From Gemmatimonas sp. (GTDB lineage: Bacteria; Gemmatimonadota; Gemmatimonadetes; Gemmatimonadales; Gemmatimonadaceae): DNA of 55,265 bases. Positions 54,742 to 55,265 of this stretch are shown here, piece after piece. Each line of letters begins with the position of its first letter. Positions within the stretch are counted from its first letter, which is position 1. Where the stretch lies: positions 1-55,265 of the forward strand of contig JANNVQ010000032.1 of NCBI GenBank assembly GCA_031414535.1, in the 5' to 3' direction. The translations under genes and the position numbers were made by a program. The notes below the pieces were generated by a model, which was given only the letters and a program-made list of their open reading frames with translations, did not search any database and was not told where the DNA came from.

Positions 54742-55265
54742 GCCTCGCGCCCCGTCTTGAGCAGGGCGAGCAGGTAGGCACCGTAGGCGCTCTTCCCTAG
54801 CGATTCGCCGGCCTTCTGAAACTCCGCGTCGCTGAGCCAGCCGTTACGCCACGCAATCTCCTCGGGTACTGCGATGCGAAGGCCTTGGCGCTTCTCCAGT
54901 GTGCCGACGAACGCTGAGGCCTCGAGCAGGGAATCGTAGGTGCCGGTGTCGAGCCAGGCGAAGCCGCGGCCGAGTTGCTCCATCCGGAGCGTGCCGCGTC
55001 GGAGATATTCCTTGTTCACGTCGGTGATCTCGTACTCACCTCGCGCCGAGGGCTTGAGTGCTGCGGCGATGTCGCAAACGTCGCGGTCGTAGAAGTAGAG
55101 TCCGGTCACGGCCCAGCTCGAGCGCGGCTTGGCGGGCTTCTCCTCGATGCTCAACACCTTGCCCTCGCCATTCACCTCGGCCACGCCATAGCGCTCGGGG
55201 TCGCTCACGTGGTAGCCAAACACCGTGGCGCCCGGGCTCGCGGCAACGTCAGCGGCGGCGCGGCG
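54738..55265 (-). CDS. rfbA: Glucose-1-phosphate thymidylyltransferase (5' part outside window)
   Basis: DPERYGV, IEEKP, AVTGLYFYD, PSARGEYEITD, GRGFAWLDTGT. Confidence 0.97.
   Translation of the reverse strand, partial: RRAAADVAASPGATVFGYHVSDPERYGVAEVNGEGKVLSIEEKPAKPRSSWAVTGLYFYDRDVCDIAAALKPSARGEYEITDVNKEYLRRGTLRMEQLGRGFAWLDTGTYDSLLEASAFVGTLEKRQGLRIAVPEEIAWRNGWLSDAEFQKAGESLGKSAYGAYLLALLKTGREA

Overview
GC-rich bacterial chromosomal segment, probably Gemmatimonadota; this is inferred from gene content and protein style and not proven. Housekeeping anchors (yraN, recA, recX, alaS, gmhA, rmlA/rmlC) alternate with accessory blocks. (i) At the left edge: the 3' end of an IS110-family transposase and a DUF4258/DUF2283-like pair. 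(ii) Between recA and recX: one gene fusing a ribbon-helix-helix, an antitoxin-like domain and a DUF6036-type nucleotidyltransferase, set among inverted 7-bp tandem repeats (GACGGAW)n that also occur in frame inside alaS. (iii) A 1317-aa membrane-spanning BTAD/AAA regulator with predicted extracytoplasmic propeller and lectin-like domains. (iv) Two Wzx/Wzy/Wzz polysaccharide clusters, one with an apparent uncharacterised CMP-ulosonate-type pathway. (v) A dense, integrase-free toxin-antitoxin array after alaS in which some toxins have decayed. Non-coding signals include a DnaA-box/IHF-like cluster and candidate LexA direct repeats upstream of recA, a 77-nt rod hairpin downstream of recA, a shared GTGA-N6-KCAC motif in three divergent glycan promoters, and a recurring G-rich/C-rich switch at island borders. 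No rRNA, tRNA or CRISPR array was seen. All family calls come from motif recognition by eye; no searches were run.
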